From a virus, in IMG/VR virus record IMGVR_UViG_3300006916_000041, positions 1 to 64,000 of that record: a DNA stretch of 64,000 bases. The stretch is one strand, 5' to 3'. Each line of letters begins with the position of its first letter. Within the stretch, counting starts at the first letter, position 1. Shown piece by piece: positions 1 through 10,869 of this stretch. The notes beneath the pieces are model-generated. The model did not search any database, was not told where the DNA came from, and worked only from the letters and a program-made list of their open reading frames with translations. The position numbers and the translations under genes were made by a program.

Positions 1-1218
1 ATGCCAATTGTAGACGCAATGAAAGAGCAAGTGGGCTTTGAACAAGCAGAAGCATACAACAATGCAGTTGATGCAGCACTAGGTGCTCTACTAGATCAAA
101 GCAAAGCAGCCAAAGAATCAGTTGAAAATGCTACACTAGCAGCCAGAGGAGAAGCACCTGCTACTCCAATGCCAACAGACATGGGCATGGACGCAGAAGA
201 TGACATGGATGTAGATGTAGACATGAGTGATGATTTTGACGGTGATGATGCAGCCGCAGGCGAAGACAATGCAATTGGCAGAGAACTCAAAGGCGAAAGC
301 GCAATTGCTGACATGGAAGGCAGTGCGTTAGCTGAAAAAAAGTTTCTAGAGAGTAAAGACAGGCTCTTTAAAATGGTTGAGAGTGGCCAAATGTCTCAAG
401 AACATTTCATTAACGTAATTAATGAATTGACTGAAGATCCAACAGATGCGGAACAAGTTAGTCTAAAACAAATGTTTGCAGCGGATGAATATATTGACAA
501 GAAAAAGGCTGGCAAGCCTTGGTACTACAGTACTCCTGATGAAAAGGATTGGAGGAACGAGTTCAGGGCAAAATATAAAAATAATCCTTTAAAAAACTGG
601 AAGACACAAGATGCATTAGATGGTGGAATTCCACAAGGTACAACCAAAGGTGGTCCTAGCAAACTACGTCAAAGACAAATGGGCATGAAGGGTGCAGCAC
701 AAATGGCTCCGGCTCCAAAAGATTATTGGGCAGGTAGACCAAAGACTAGACCAGACGGTACACCTTTTAATACTATGGCTCCGCCGCCAACAGGACCAGG
801 CGGTGACGAAGCATTACCTAGATCAAAGCCTCAGCGTAGACCAAAGACTAGACCAGGCGGTGACAGAAAAATGGACAGTGACAATCGTGCAGCCAATCCA
901 AATTACGGTACTGGAAAAGATGCAAAAGGCATGCCTTATCAATCAAAACCAAAACTAGGGGCGCTGCGAGCAATGACTACCGGTGAAATAGCAGCTAGAG
1001 ATTATGGCGGTGATGTAAAAGGCGGTGAATTTGGCGGTATTATGGCAGATCCAGTAAAAAGAGTTGGAACAGGAACAGCTAAACCAGCAGGATTGTCAGC
1101 TTTAAAAACACTGCCTGGAACAGCTAAACCAGCAGGATTGGCAAATTTAAAAACACTGCCTGGCACAGCTTACCCAGCAGGAAAACTGAGAAAAATTGGC
1201 AGGTTGGGCTCAAAGTAA
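1..1218 (+). CDS. Hypothetical protein, probably 5'-truncated by the window edge; acidic helical N-part plus G/P/K-rich low-complexity tail (possible head-assembly/internal protein)
   Basis: ORF track; composition shift; sits upstream of virion-like genes. Confidence 0.55.
   Translation: MPIVDAMKEQVGFEQAEAYNNAVDAALGALLDQSKAAKESVENATLAARGEAPATPMPTDMGMDAEDDMDVDVDMSDDFDGDDAAAGEDNAIGRELKGESAIADMEGSALAEKKFLESKDRLFKMVESGQMSQEHFINVINELTEDPTDAEQVSLKQMFAADEYIDKKKAGKPWYYSTPDEKDWRNEFRAKYKNNPLKNWKTQDALDGGIPQGTTKGGPSKLRQRQMGMKGAAQMAPAPKDYWAGRPKTRPDGTPFNTMAPPPTGPGGDEALPRSKPQRRPKTRPGGDRKMDSDNRAANPNYGTGKDAKGMPYQSKPKLGALRAMTTGEIAARDYGGDVKGGEFGGIMADPVKRVGTGTAKPAGLSALKTLPGTAKPAGLANLKTLPGTAYPAGKLRKIGRLGSK
1072..1182 (+). 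repeat. 45-bp in-frame tandem repeat, about 2.5 copies (GTAKPAGLxxLKTLP)
   Basis: Units at 1072-1116, 1117-1161 and partial 1162-1182. Confidence 0.9.
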
Positions 1219-1533
1219 ATGTTAATCAATGAAGTTATAAGTGAGAGTCAAGATGAGGTATTAAATGCTCTAGAAGAAATAATTACTAGAGCAAAAGCCA
1301 ATGGCAAAATCAAAATACCTACCAACATGGTTCTTGCTAAACTTCATGCTATGGGCTATAGTATTGATATTAAAAGTTTACTGGATTTACTGCCAACTAT
1401 TACAAGTGTAGGATCTAGCAACAAAAAAGACATCACACTGGATACAGCAATTCCCCGTTCTAACGCTGATCCAGAAGACAACACAGTTGCTAAGATGGCT
1501 AAAAAACAAATGCAAAAGGATGACAAACTGTGA
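1219..1533 (+). CDS. Hypothetical protein
   Basis: ORF abutting previous stop; N-terminus MLINEVISES. Confidence 0.7.
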   Translation: MLINEVISESQDEVLNALEEIITRAKANGKIKIPTNMVLAKLHAMGYSIDIKSLLDLLPTITSVGSSNKKDITLDTAIPRSNADPEDNTVAKMAKKQMQKDDKL

Positions 1534-2153
1534 CATATTATATTAATAAAACAGAAGCCAGATCAATGGCTAGAGCAGACCTTACAATATATGATGAGGT
1601 CAATGCACTTATGAGACAGGTCATCCAAGATGCAGGCAACGGCTTGTACGAAACCACAGTAAGTGATGGTACTACAATGACAGAAAGTACTCCTACAATT
1701 ACTATTACCGGTACACAAGCCAATCCAACTATTGTTGGTACACCTACACTTATCATTGCCGGTACTACAATTACATTGGGCACTAGTGGTACTAACTTAA
1801 ACAGTATTATCAGTGATATCAACGACTCAAATACTGCAAACTTGGTTGCTAGCAAAAATAGCAGCAACAATCTTGTGTTAACATACACAGCACCTGCCAA
1901 TACAACATGGAATGTTGTGGTTGGTGCTGGTACAGCTAATGCTAGTCTTGGGTTAGCAGACAATATCACACACACTGCAACAAATCCAGACAGTGTAAGT
2001 TACTATCAAGTGTGGCAAGGTACTATTGCAGACAGACCAAAAACAGATCAAATGCAACAAGTGATACTGTATTTCCAAAACTTAGGATATACAATTGACC
2101 GTTTGATCAACAGTAGTACAAGAAAAACTTTTAAATGGGTCATTAGCTATTGA
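1530..2153 (+). CDS. Putative virion structural protein
   Basis: T/G/N-rich beta-type composition; GTGA overlap with previous gene. Confidence 0.55.
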   Translation: MTYYINKTEARSMARADLTIYDEVNALMRQVIQDAGNGLYETTVSDGTTMTESTPTITITGTQANPTIVGTPTLIIAGTTITLGTSGTNLNSIISDINDSNTANLVASKNSSNNLVLTYTAPANTTWNVVVGAGTANASLGLADNITHTATNPDSVSYYQVWQGTIADRPKTDQMQQVILYFQNLGYTIDRLINSSTRKTFKWVISY

Positions 2154-2178
2154 CATTGACCTAGTATAGTGTTACATT
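2150..2178 (+). promoter_or_regulatory. Sigma70-type promoter; ATG 6 nt after -10 (leaderless candidate)
   Basis: TTGACA 2150, 17-nt spacer, TACATT 2173-2178, ATG 2185. Confidence 0.65.
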
Positions 2179-2184
2179 AACAGT

Positions 2185-2859
2185 ATGTTAAACATCACTA
2201 CACCCTATCCTTATAAAGAATTTAAAAGAAAGAGCGTCAATGGAAAACGTCTATACGAAAATCCGTATGGCGATCCTGTCCCTAGTGTTACAACAATATT
2301 GGATAAAACGAAACCTCGTGAAAAACGTGAGGCACTCGCCAATTGGAAAAAACGGGTGGGCGAAGCAAATGCTCAAAGAATAGTTACTGAAGCGGCAAAT
2401 GTTGGCACAATAATGCACAACATATTAGAACACTGGGTAAAGAACGAAGAGTACACAGGAGAGACTATACTGCAAGCCAAAATGATGGCAGACACAGTAA
2501 AGCAAAACATAGAACAAGACTTGGATGAAGTGTGGGGTAGCGAAGTTAATCTTTGCTATCCACAATTGTATGCAGGTACGACTGATTTAGTTGGTGTGTA
2601 CAAAGGTGAACCGCATATTATGGACTTCAAGCAAACCAACAAGCCTAAAAAGCGTGAATGGATTGATGATTACTTTATGCAAGCCGCAGCATATGGAATG
2701 GCACACAATGAAGTGTTTGACACAAAGATTGAACGTGCTGCTATCTTTATGTGTAGCAGAGATCTAGAATGGCAACTGTTTGAAGTTGGCCCAGAAGAAT
2801 TTGAAATGTGGACAGAAAAGTGGGCTCAGAGAGTCGCAGAGTTCTACAACTTGTCATAA
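2185..2859 (+). CDS. PD-(D/E)xK exonuclease (Cas4/MGME1-like phage family)
   Basis: PSVTTIL, GTxMH, YAGTTDLV, IMDFKQT, YFMQxxAY motifs. Confidence 0.85.
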   Translation: MLNITTPYPYKEFKRKSVNGKRLYENPYGDPVPSVTTILDKTKPREKREALANWKKRVGEANAQRIVTEAANVGTIMHNILEHWVKNEEYTGETILQAKMMADTVKQNIEQDLDEVWGSEVNLCYPQLYAGTTDLVGVYKGEPHIMDFKQTNKPKKREWIDDYFMQAAAYGMAHNEVFDTKIERAAIFMCSRDLEWQLFEVGPEEFEMWTEKWAQRVAEFYNLS

Positions 2860-2880
2860 ATACTGTATCAGGAGCACGAA

Positions 2881-3534
2881 ATGGCAGATACAAGAATTAG
2901 TAAAATTAAAGTAAGGCAGGGTAATTTTTCAGACCTTCCTACACTTGATCCAGGAGAATTTGGATTCGCTAAAGACGTAAGACGTCTTTTTATTGGTAAT
3001 GATACAATCAGTGTTGGTACTGGTAACGGTGTGCTTACACAGTTCACAGTTCCTATTGGATTAACTGAGCCAGGCGTGCTTAGAGTTTTTGTAGACGGTG
3101 TTGCAGTAAATGCAAGCGACTATACACTGATTGGAACAACACTAACATTTAGTAGTGCTCCTACAGGTGCTATTACAGTTGGATTTAACAGCGAAGTTGA
3201 TCTTGGAGAACAGCCTGTACAAGAAATACAACTAGCAGCAAATGCTACTAACAGTGATACAGGATTTCAAGTGGACACAACACAGTACAATGTAATAATC
3301 ATGGATTATACACTAAAAAGCACAAACGGTGTAAGAGTAGGACAGATACGTTTTGCTACAGATACCGGTGCAAGCACAACTACTATTGATGATAACTACA
3401 CAGAAACCGGTGTAGTCAATGTACAATTTAATGTTGACATTGCAACTGCCAATACTATGAAACTACAATATTCAGACTACGATAATCTTATTAGCACATT
3501 CAAATACACGTATCAAACTTGGAACAGCAATTAA
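2881..3534 (+). CDS. Putative virion tail/baseplate protein
   Basis: N-terminal IKVRQG..LP.L..GEFG...D.RRLFIG motif typical of phage tail proteins; TAAATA and AGGAG upstream. Confidence 0.6.
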   Translation: MADTRISKIKVRQGNFSDLPTLDPGEFGFAKDVRRLFIGNDTISVGTGNGVLTQFTVPIGLTEPGVLRVFVDGVAVNASDYTLIGTTLTFSSAPTGAITVGFNSEVDLGEQPVQEIQLAANATNSDTGFQVDTTQYNVIIMDYTLKSTNGVRVGQIRFATDTGASTTTIDDNYTETGVVNVQFNVDIATANTMKLQYSDYDNLISTFKYTYQTWNSN

Positions 3535-3974
3535 ACCATAGAGCTTGGTTTGAATCTCCCAGTACACGTTTAAAAATGTGGCGGGAGTTTAGGCAGAGCT
3601 TGGATATAGAAAATACTTTGGAAGTATGTCAAACTGTCATTGACTGGTGGAAAAGTTCACCTATTATGGCAATAAGCATAGATCCAGTAGATTATAAAAG
3701 ATGGCCTACACCTTGGGAAATGTTACACAAAGGAGATTTTTGTGAAAACAGTTTAGCCTTAGGTATGAGTTATACAATATATTATGCAAACAACCGTATA
3801 CCTAATAGGATGGTTTTTGTACAAAATAAAAAAGATAGCATACAAAAATTATGTGTGCTAATTGATGAAAAATACTTGCTTAATTACCGTCACGGCGTTA
3901 TAAGTAGTAGACCCGAGTCTGAAACAATTATCTATGACGTAGATATAGACCGTGTGGTTAAGCACAATTATTAA
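3519..3974 (+). CDS. Hypothetical protein
   Basis: ORF track; WPTPWE motif. Confidence 0.65.
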   Translation: MEQQLNHRAWFESPSTRLKMWREFRQSLDIENTLEVCQTVIDWWKSSPIMAISIDPVDYKRWPTPWEMLHKGDFCENSLALGMSYTIYYANNRIPNRMVFVQNKKDSIQKLCVLIDEKYLLNYRHGVISSRPESETIIYDVDIDRVVKHNY

Positions 3975-4001
3975 AAAAATAATAAATGAGAGGACACTAG
4001 C

Positions 4002-6308
4002 ATGACTGAGATTCACGTAACAAAACGCAATGGTACAAGAGAACCAATTGACTTAGACAAATTACACAAAGTAGTTTTTTATGCAACAGAAGGTATCAAT
4101 GGCGTTAGTGCTAGTGAAGTCGAAATCAAAAGCAGTATCCAATTTTACAATGGAATTACCAGTAGTGAAATTCAAGAAACACTTATTAAAAGTGCAGCTG
4201 ATTTAATCTCAGAAGAAACTCCTAACTATCAGTGGGTAGCAGGTCGTCTTATTAACTATCATTTACGCAAACAAGTGTATGGTGATTTTGAGCCAGCACA
4301 TTTATTTGAAATAGTACAAAAGAATGTTGAAGATGGTTGGTATGATCAAGGACTATTAGAAGCCTACAATGAACAAGAATGGAATGAGCTAAACGATTAT
4401 TTAAAACACGACAGAGATGAAAACTTTACATATGCTGCAATGGAACAATTCCGTGGCAAATATTTGGTACAAAATCGTGTAACAAATGAAATAAAAGAAA
4501 CACCACAGGTAGCATACATGTTAATTGCTGCAACACTGTTTGCAGATTATCCACGAGAAACAAGACTTAAATGGGTTAAAGATTATTACGATGCAACTAG
4601 CAATTTTTATATCAGTTTGCCTACTCCTGTTATGGCCGGGGTTCGTACTCCGCAGCGTCAGTTTAGTAGTTGTGTTCTTATTGAAACTGGTGATAGTCTT
4701 GATAGCATTAATGCTACTACTAGTAGTATTGTAAAATATGTAAGTCAAAAAGCAGGTATTGGTGTTGGAGCAGGAAGCATACGTGCGCTAGGATCTCCAA
4801 TTCGTAAAGGCGATGCTTATCACACAGGTGTTATTCCTTTTTATAAAATGTTCCAAAGTGCTACTCGCAGTTGCAGCCAAGGTGGTGTGCGCAATGGTGC
4901 TGCAACACTTTATTATCCAATTTGGCATTTAGAAGTTGAAGACTTACTTGTACTTAAAAACAACAAAGGCACTGATGACAACCGTGTAAGACACATGGAC
5001 TATGGTGTTCAATTTAACAAACTGTTCTACGAAAGATTGATCAGTAATGGTAATATCACACTGTTCTCACCTAGTGATGTGCCAGGCTTGTACGAAGCAT
5101 TCTTTGCAGATCAAGACAGGTTTAGAGAACTATATGAAACAGCAGAACGTAATACAAAACTGCGTAAAAAAGTAGTTAGTGCAACCGAACTATTCAGTCA
5201 GTTTATGGAAGAACGCAAAAATACAGGACGCATTTATTTACAAAATGTAGATAATGCTAATACCCACAGTTCGTTTAAACAAGACATTGCGCCAATACGT
5301 CAAAGCAACTTGTGTGCAGAAATCGATTTGCCTACAAAACCTCTCAATGATTTTAATGATGAACAAGGCGAAATTGCACTGTGTACATTGAGTGCTATCA
5401 ATTGGGGCAATATCAAAACACCACAGGATTTTGAAAAGCCTTGTACACTTGCAATCAGAGGATTAGATGCACTATTAAGTTATCAAAACTATCCAGTCAA
5501 AGCAGCATACAATGCTACAATGGGTAGACGTCCATTGGGTGTTGGCATTATTAATCTAGCATATTGGATGGCTAAAAATGACATGACATACAGCAATCCT
5601 GATTTGGCAAAAATTGACGAGTTTGCAGAAGCTTGGAGTTACTATCTAATCAAAGCCAGTGCAGACCTGGCAGCAGAACAAGGCGCTTGTTTGTGGAATG
5701 ATCAAACAAAATACAGCGACGGTATTACGCCCAATCAAACATACAAACAAGATGTAGATGAATTAGTACCTCATCAAGAGCGTATGCCGTGGAATGAACT
5801 GCGTCAACAACTGCGTGAAACAGGTATTCGCAACAGCACACTAATGGCATTAATGCCAGCAGAAACAAGCGCACAGATTTCAAATGCTACAAATGGCATT
5901 GAACCTCCACGCAGTTTAGTAAGTGTTAAACAAAGTAAACATGGTGTGCTTAAACAAGTTGTGCCTGGCATTCATCATCTCAAAAACAAGTACGAATTGC
6001 TATGGGATCAACGTAGCCCAGAAGGTTATATGAGTATTATGGCAATACTACAAAAATATATCGACCAAGGCATTAGTGTGAACACAAGCTATAATCCTAC
6101 GTTTTATGAGGATGAAAAGATCAGCATGAGCGAAATGCTAAAACACTTGATGATCTTTTACAAGTATGGTGGTAAGCAATTGTATTACTTTAACACATAC
6201 GACGGACAAGGTGAGATTGATGTTGACAAACTAAACGAACCTGCTAATATAGAAATCAATGAAGATTATCAAATTGAAGAAGAAGATTGCGAAAGCTGTG
6301 TAATATAA
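4002..6308 (+). CDS. nrdA: Ribonucleotide reductase class Ia alpha subunit
   Basis: ATP cone (VTKRNG), QFSSCVL, QGGVRNG, SNLCAEI, C-terminal CESC. Confidence 0.98.
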   Translation: MTEIHVTKRNGTREPIDLDKLHKVVFYATEGINGVSASEVEIKSSIQFYNGITSSEIQETLIKSAADLISEETPNYQWVAGRLINYHLRKQVYGDFEPAHLFEIVQKNVEDGWYDQGLLEAYNEQEWNELNDYLKHDRDENFTYAAMEQFRGKYLVQNRVTNEIKETPQVAYMLIAATLFADYPRETRLKWVKDYYDATSNFYISLPTPVMAGVRTPQRQFSSCVLIETGDSLDSINATTSSIVKYVSQKAGIGVGAGSIRALGSPIRKGDAYHTGVIPFYKMFQSATRSCSQGGVRNGAATLYYPIWHLEVEDLLVLKNNKGTDDNRVRHMDYGVQFNKLFYERLISNGNITLFSPSDVPGLYEAFFADQDRFRELYETAERNTKLRKKVVSATELFSQFMEERKNTGRIYLQNVDNANTHSSFKQDIAPIRQSNLCAEIDLPTKPLNDFNDEQGEIALCTLSAINWGNIKTPQDFEKPCTLAIRGLDALLSYQNYPVKAAYNATMGRRPLGVGIINLAYWMAKNDMTYSNPDLAKIDEFAEAWSYYLIKASADLAAEQGACLWNDQTKYSDGITPNQTYKQDVDELVPHQERMPWNELRQQLRETGIRNSTLMALMPAETSAQISNATNGIEPPRSLVSVKQSKHGVLKQVVPGIHHLKNKYELLWDQRSPEGYMSIMAILQKYIDQGISVNTSYNPTFYEDEKISMSEMLKHLMIFYKYGGKQLYYFNTYDGQGEIDVDKLNEPANIEINEDYQIEEEDCESCVI

Positions 6309-6317
6309 GGAAATAAG

Positions 6318-7445
6318 ATGAGTGTACTAAATGCAAACCAAAGAAACAAGCACCTAGAAAGTTTGATGTTTTTAGATCCAAACGGTGGTGTAGATATTCA
6401 ACGTTACGATACGTTGAAGTATAAACAGTTTGACAAACTAACTGACAAACAGTTGGGTTTCTTTTGGCGTCCAGAAGAAGTAGATGTATTAAAAGATGCA
6501 GCAGATTTTAAGAAGCTAACTGAACACGAAAAGCACATTTTCACAAGCAATCTCAAAAGACAAATCTTGCTGGACAGTGTACAAGGTCGTGCACCTGCAG
6601 ACAGTTTCAATCCACTAGTAAGTTTACCTGAATTAGAAAACTGGGTAACAACTTGGACATTTAATGAAACTATTCACAGTCGCAGTTACACACATATTAT
6701 TCGCAACATATACAGTAATCCTAGTGTTGTTTTTGATGAAATGATGGACATTCAAGAAATTGTTGATTGTGCAAGCGATATTAGTAAACACTATGACGAT
6801 CTCATTGAAATGGGTCAATGGTATAATCTATTGGGTGAAGGTACGCACACTGTAAATGGTAAAAAGATCACAGTTGATTTGTACGAACTTAAAAAGTTAA
6901 TTTACAAAGCTATGGTAAGTGTAAACATCTTAGAAGGTGTTCGTTTTTACGTTTCATTTGCTTGTAGTTGGGCGTTTGCTGAACTTAAAAAGATGGAAGG
7001 CAATGCCAAGATTATCAAATTGATTTGTCGTGATGAAAACGTACACTTAGGTAGCACACAAACACTGCTAAAACTCATGCCTAAGGATGATCCGGACTTT
7101 GCAAAAATTGCTGAAGAAACCAAAGACGAAATGATACAATTGTTCATTGATGCTGTGGATCAAGAAAAAGCATGGGCAGAATATTTGTTCAAAGATGGCA
7201 GCATGATTGGACTTAACACACAACTGCTAAATGAATATGTGGAGTGGACTGCCAACAAACGTATGACTGCTATTGGATTGCCTAGCCCATACAAAGGCGG
7301 CAGCAATCCTTTGCCTTGGACACAAAAATGGATTGCTGGTGCAGAAGTACAGGTTGCTCCACAAGAAACAGAAATATCAAGCTATGTTATTGGCGGTACA
7401 AAACAGGATGTAAATGGTAGTACATTCCAGGGCATTAAACTATGA
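6318..7445 (+). CDS. nrdB: Ribonucleotide reductase class Ia beta subunit
   Basis: FFWRPEE, ETIHSRSY, EGVRFYVSFA, RDENVH, VAPQETEISSY. Confidence 0.98.
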   Translation: MSVLNANQRNKHLESLMFLDPNGGVDIQRYDTLKYKQFDKLTDKQLGFFWRPEEVDVLKDAADFKKLTEHEKHIFTSNLKRQILLDSVQGRAPADSFNPLVSLPELENWVTTWTFNETIHSRSYTHIIRNIYSNPSVVFDEMMDIQEIVDCASDISKHYDDLIEMGQWYNLLGEGTHTVNGKKITVDLYELKKLIYKAMVSVNILEGVRFYVSFACSWAFAELKKMEGNAKIIKLICRDENVHLGSTQTLLKLMPKDDPDFAKIAEETKDEMIQLFIDAVDQEKAWAEYLFKDGSMIGLNTQLLNEYVEWTANKRMTAIGLPSPYKGGSNPLPWTQKWIAGAEVQVAPQETEISSYVIGGTKQDVNGSTFQGIKL

Positions 7446-7717
7446 TCACATTGTACAGCAAACCATTGTGTCCTTATTGTGAAATGGCAAAGCATTACTT
7501 GACAAAAAACGAAATTGAATACGAAGAAATTAGAGTGGATACCAATCCCGAAGCTCGTGAGTTTTTACTAAATGAAGGGCATAGAACTATGCCACAGATT
7601 TATCACAACGGAAAACTACTGGTAGCCGGTGGCGGGCAAGCACTTGTTCGTATGAATCCAAATACAGTAAAAGAACTCATAGGAGAAGTTGTAGATGTTA
7701 GTGATTTCAAACTTTAG
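7442..7717 (+). CDS. Glutaredoxin
   Basis: CPYC, TMPQI; follows nrdAB. Confidence 0.92.
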   Translation: MITLYSKPLCPYCEMAKHYLTKNEIEYEEIRVDTNPEAREFLLNEGHRTMPQIYHNGKLLVAGGGQALVRMNPNTVKELIGEVVDVSDFKL

Positions 7718-8021
7718 TAAAGGAGACACTGTTACAGTTAAATTGAGCACAGGCGAAGAAATAGTTGGTAGATTTGATAGCTCAAGTGCAGATGATCTTA
7801 AACTAGTAAAACCCACAGTGCTTACACTCAATCCACAAAACGGACAAGCCATGCTTATTCCTTGGCTAATGAGTATTGATACAGGTAGCAGTGAACCAAT
7901 CAGTATAAAAGGTTCTCAAATAGTTGCTACTGCTCGACCCAACAAGGGACTGAGCGACGGATATATTCAAAGTACCAGCGGCATTGCTCCGGCTAGCAGT
8001 CTTGAGGGTCTTAAACTCTAA
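7695..8021 (+). CDS. Hypothetical protein (Sm-like fold candidate)
   Basis: VTVKLSTGEEIVGR pattern. Confidence 0.55.
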   Translation: MLVISNFSKGDTVTVKLSTGEEIVGRFDSSSADDLKLVKPTVLTLNPQNGQAMLIPWLMSIDTGSSEPISIKGSQIVATARPNKGLSDGYIQSTSGIAPASSLEGLKL

Positions 8022-8032
8022 TAAATACTTGC

Positions 8033-8335
8033 ATGGCAAGATGGGTACACAGAGAATTTGATTTTAGAGATTGCGGAGCAACAACGATAACTGTTTGTCC
8101 TGATGTAAGGGTAAACAGTAGACGTATTAGTATCGATGGTGATCCTAACACTGATAAAGGCGGTAGTCTGATAGCCACTGACACAGTGGGCAGTGTTAGA
8201 GCTATGGCAATTCCTGTGATATTGATAAGAGATCCTGCTAATCCAGATAGCAAATGTCCAGGAGATAGTCACTGTAATCCAAGAGCCAAAACAGCAAGTC
8301 CTGATGTACGTGCCGGTGGGAACAATAATCCATGA
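8033..8335 (+). CDS. PAAR-like tail-spike tip protein
   Basis: HR..D...CG, repeated V.VN/I...GD, H and C ligands, SPDVRAG end. Confidence 0.7.
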   Translation: MARWVHREFDFRDCGATTITVCPDVRVNSRRISIDGDPNTDKGGSLIATDTVGSVRAMAIPVILIRDPANPDSKCPGDSHCNPRAKTASPDVRAGGNNNP

Positions 8336-10863
8336 GTTTTAGAGATTTTAAACAAGGTTTGCAAAATGCAAACGACTATTTAGATGCTCAGCATCATATC
8401 AGTGGTACTATTGCTGCTGGCGCTGATGCACTGAGAGTTACTAGTCAAGCACAATACAGTTTCACACTCAGAGAAATCTTATGTCAAGTACTGAGTGGCA
8501 ATGGTATGAAATTACCAAATGTGCAACTGTGTTTGCATGCTAACATTCAAGAGTTATTAAAAATTCCAAACATACAAGGTGAGATTGCAGATGCACTAAA
8601 TCAATTGTTAGGCGGCGTAGAGCAATTTATGGATCATACTAAAATAGACAATGTTTTGGGAAGATTAAACATGGTGTTAGGAGAAGCTCAGAACGTTGCT
8701 AATCTTATCAACTTCTGTAGTGCTCCTGTAGATCCAATTGCTATTCCTAATATGTTGGAACGTGCAATGGGCAGTTTCTTAGGAGCAGGTAAACAACTTG
8801 CTAATGACATTGGTAGTATGGATCCTGGTAATGTTTGTGCATGTATTAGTACCAATGGCGGATTTAATGCCAGTGTATTCAACGGCGGCGTACTAGGAAA
8901 TATTGCCAATCAAATTGATGCAATAACAAGTGGGTCGTTAATACAAAGCGAAATTGATAGAATTGTAAACGATGTTAAGGGTATTACAGATAGAATTACT
9001 AGCTTAGTAGATTTTGAAAATAATATTATTGGTTCTTATTCACCTGGTGGTAGCCAATTTGCAACACCGGACAGCGGATGTAATAGTGAAATTGGTGTGT
9101 TGCACAATCCAGGATCAGGACCTATTAGTGGTAATAGCAGAATTTCAACACAATTAAAAAGTTTATACGACAGGCTTGCAGCTTATCCTGTGCAGTATAG
9201 TTTAGGAAGTGGAAAAGACAATACCACAGGTCATCAGTACGATGCTAATAATAATCGCATTGTTAGTGGAGAAGTAATAGAATATCCTAACATTTTTCAT
9301 CTGTTACTAGATGACGAAATGCTAAACTTGTTACGTGCAGCTGATAATCCAACACCAACGATTGAAAGTCAAATTCCGGTTTATGACTATTGTGGTAACA
9401 TAATAGGTTATACACAAGAGTTTGAACAAAGGGAACAAGAAAAAAGTCAAGGAAATACACCAACTATACCTAACAGTCCGGGTTATCGAGCAGGCGGGCT
9501 AATCACTGACACAGCTAGTCAAGTAAGTGATAATGTGTCAGTTAGTGGTACCACAGTAATTAATAACTTTAATAACACAGGTAATACACTGTATCTAGTA
9601 AGTAGTGAACAAGCACAACTTGCACTAAATGCAAACACAGACGACATTGTAATTAGAACTGATATTTTAACAATCTTCACTCGTAAAGATACAGGAGGTT
9701 TTAACACAGGAACACTAGCAGATTATCAGCAAGCAACTAGCACATTGTTTGACTTTTTAAACAACTTAAATGTAGAAAGTGGCAGTGGTGTTATTGTTAA
9801 AGATGCAGGTGTTAGTAGAGCAAGGCAAGTTGAAGGTAAAGCAGGAGAAACTCGTGTAATCAATGGTGACGGCGCTGGCGGTAACATTAGAGTTGAACTA
9901 GAAGAAAATACTAGAATACCAGGAACAGCAGCTATTAGAATACCAGCTGGTACAACTGCACAGCGGCCAAACACAGAAATTGGCGAAATACGCTATAACA
10001 CAGATACACACAATATCGAAGCATATTACGGAGATACAAACACTTGGCGTAATATTGCTAGCGGCGGCGGTAGTGGATCAATTTCAAGTGCTAGCAATGT
10101 TGGAACAGGCAGCGGTGTATTCAAACAAGCTAGCGGAAGTGATTTAGAATTTAGATCACTTGTAAATGCCGGTGGCATTAGTATTACACAAAATGCAGAT
10201 GATCTTACAATTACTGATACTATTACAAGTAGCAATGTAGGTGGTGCTAATCAAGTATTCAAACAACGTACAGCAAATAATTTTGAATTTAGAACACTGA
10301 CTAGCAGCGATAGCAGTGTTGTAATTACACAAAATGCAGATACAATCGATCTCAGCGGAGATCCAAATGTAAAGAAAACACAAGTCACAACTACAGGAAG
10401 TGGTGCAACAGCAATTCAAGTTAACGGAGTTTATCCAGAACCAGCTAGTGGGAAAACTTGGTTTTTCACTGCTTATGCTATTGGTCGTGCAACCACAGGT
10501 CAAGTACAAGCATTTAAGATTGAAGGACTAGCAGACAATCAAACCGGAACTACTAGTATTGTGAGTAACACTGTGATGAAAACAGACTATCAACGCACTA
10601 CAACAGACACAGTGCAAGCTATATGGGATCCGTTAACTGCATATATAACCAATGATAGTGTTGAATATGACGGTAACATATACCAAGCTAATACTAACGT
10701 GGCTTCAGGTGAACTAAGTCCAGATCAAAATGCTAACTGGACTGTAACTTACACTGGTTGGAACTTTAGTGCTGAAATAGACAATGGTCTTAAATTTAAA
10801 GTTAAAGGCGATGCAACAGCTAATGTTAGTTGGGATGTAAGAATCACATATTTAGAAGTATAA
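8332..10863 (+). CDS. Large virion (baseplate/fibre) protein
   Basis: IPAGTTAQRP..GEIRYNTD, repeated NVG..VFKQ..L/FEFRSL units, C-terminal W...Y...D.V.Y.G..Y.A carbohydrate-binding-like module; follows PAAR-like gene. Confidence 0.7.
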   Translation: MSFRDFKQGLQNANDYLDAQHHISGTIAAGADALRVTSQAQYSFTLREILCQVLSGNGMKLPNVQLCLHANIQELLKIPNIQGEIADALNQLLGGVEQFMDHTKIDNVLGRLNMVLGEAQNVANLINFCSAPVDPIAIPNMLERAMGSFLGAGKQLANDIGSMDPGNVCACISTNGGFNASVFNGGVLGNIANQIDAITSGSLIQSEIDRIVNDVKGITDRITSLVDFENNIIGSYSPGGSQFATPDSGCNSEIGVLHNPGSGPISGNSRISTQLKSLYDRLAAYPVQYSLGSGKDNTTGHQYDANNNRIVSGEVIEYPNIFHLLLDDEMLNLLRAADNPTPTIESQIPVYDYCGNIIGYTQEFEQREQEKSQGNTPTIPNSPGYRAGGLITDTASQVSDNVSVSGTTVINNFNNTGNTLYLVSSEQAQLALNANTDDIVIRTDILTIFTRKDTGGFNTGTLADYQQATSTLFDFLNNLNVESGSGVIVKDAGVSRARQVEGKAGETRVINGDGAGGNIRVELEENTRIPGTAAIRIPAGTTAQRPNTEIGEIRYNTDTHNIEAYYGDTNTWRNIASGGGSGSISSASNVGTGSGVFKQASGSDLEFRSLVNAGGISITQNADDLTITDTITSSNVGGANQVFKQRTANNFEFRTLTSSDSSVVITQNADTIDLSGDPNVKKTQVTTTGSGATAIQVNGVYPEPASGKTWFFTAYAIGRATTGQVQAFKIEGLADNQTGTTSIVSNTVMKTDYQRTTTDTVQAIWDPLTAYITNDSVEYDGNIYQANTNVASGELSPDQNANWTVTYTGWNFSAEIDNGLKFKVKGDATANVSWDVRITYLEV

Positions 10864-10869
10864 ATACTG

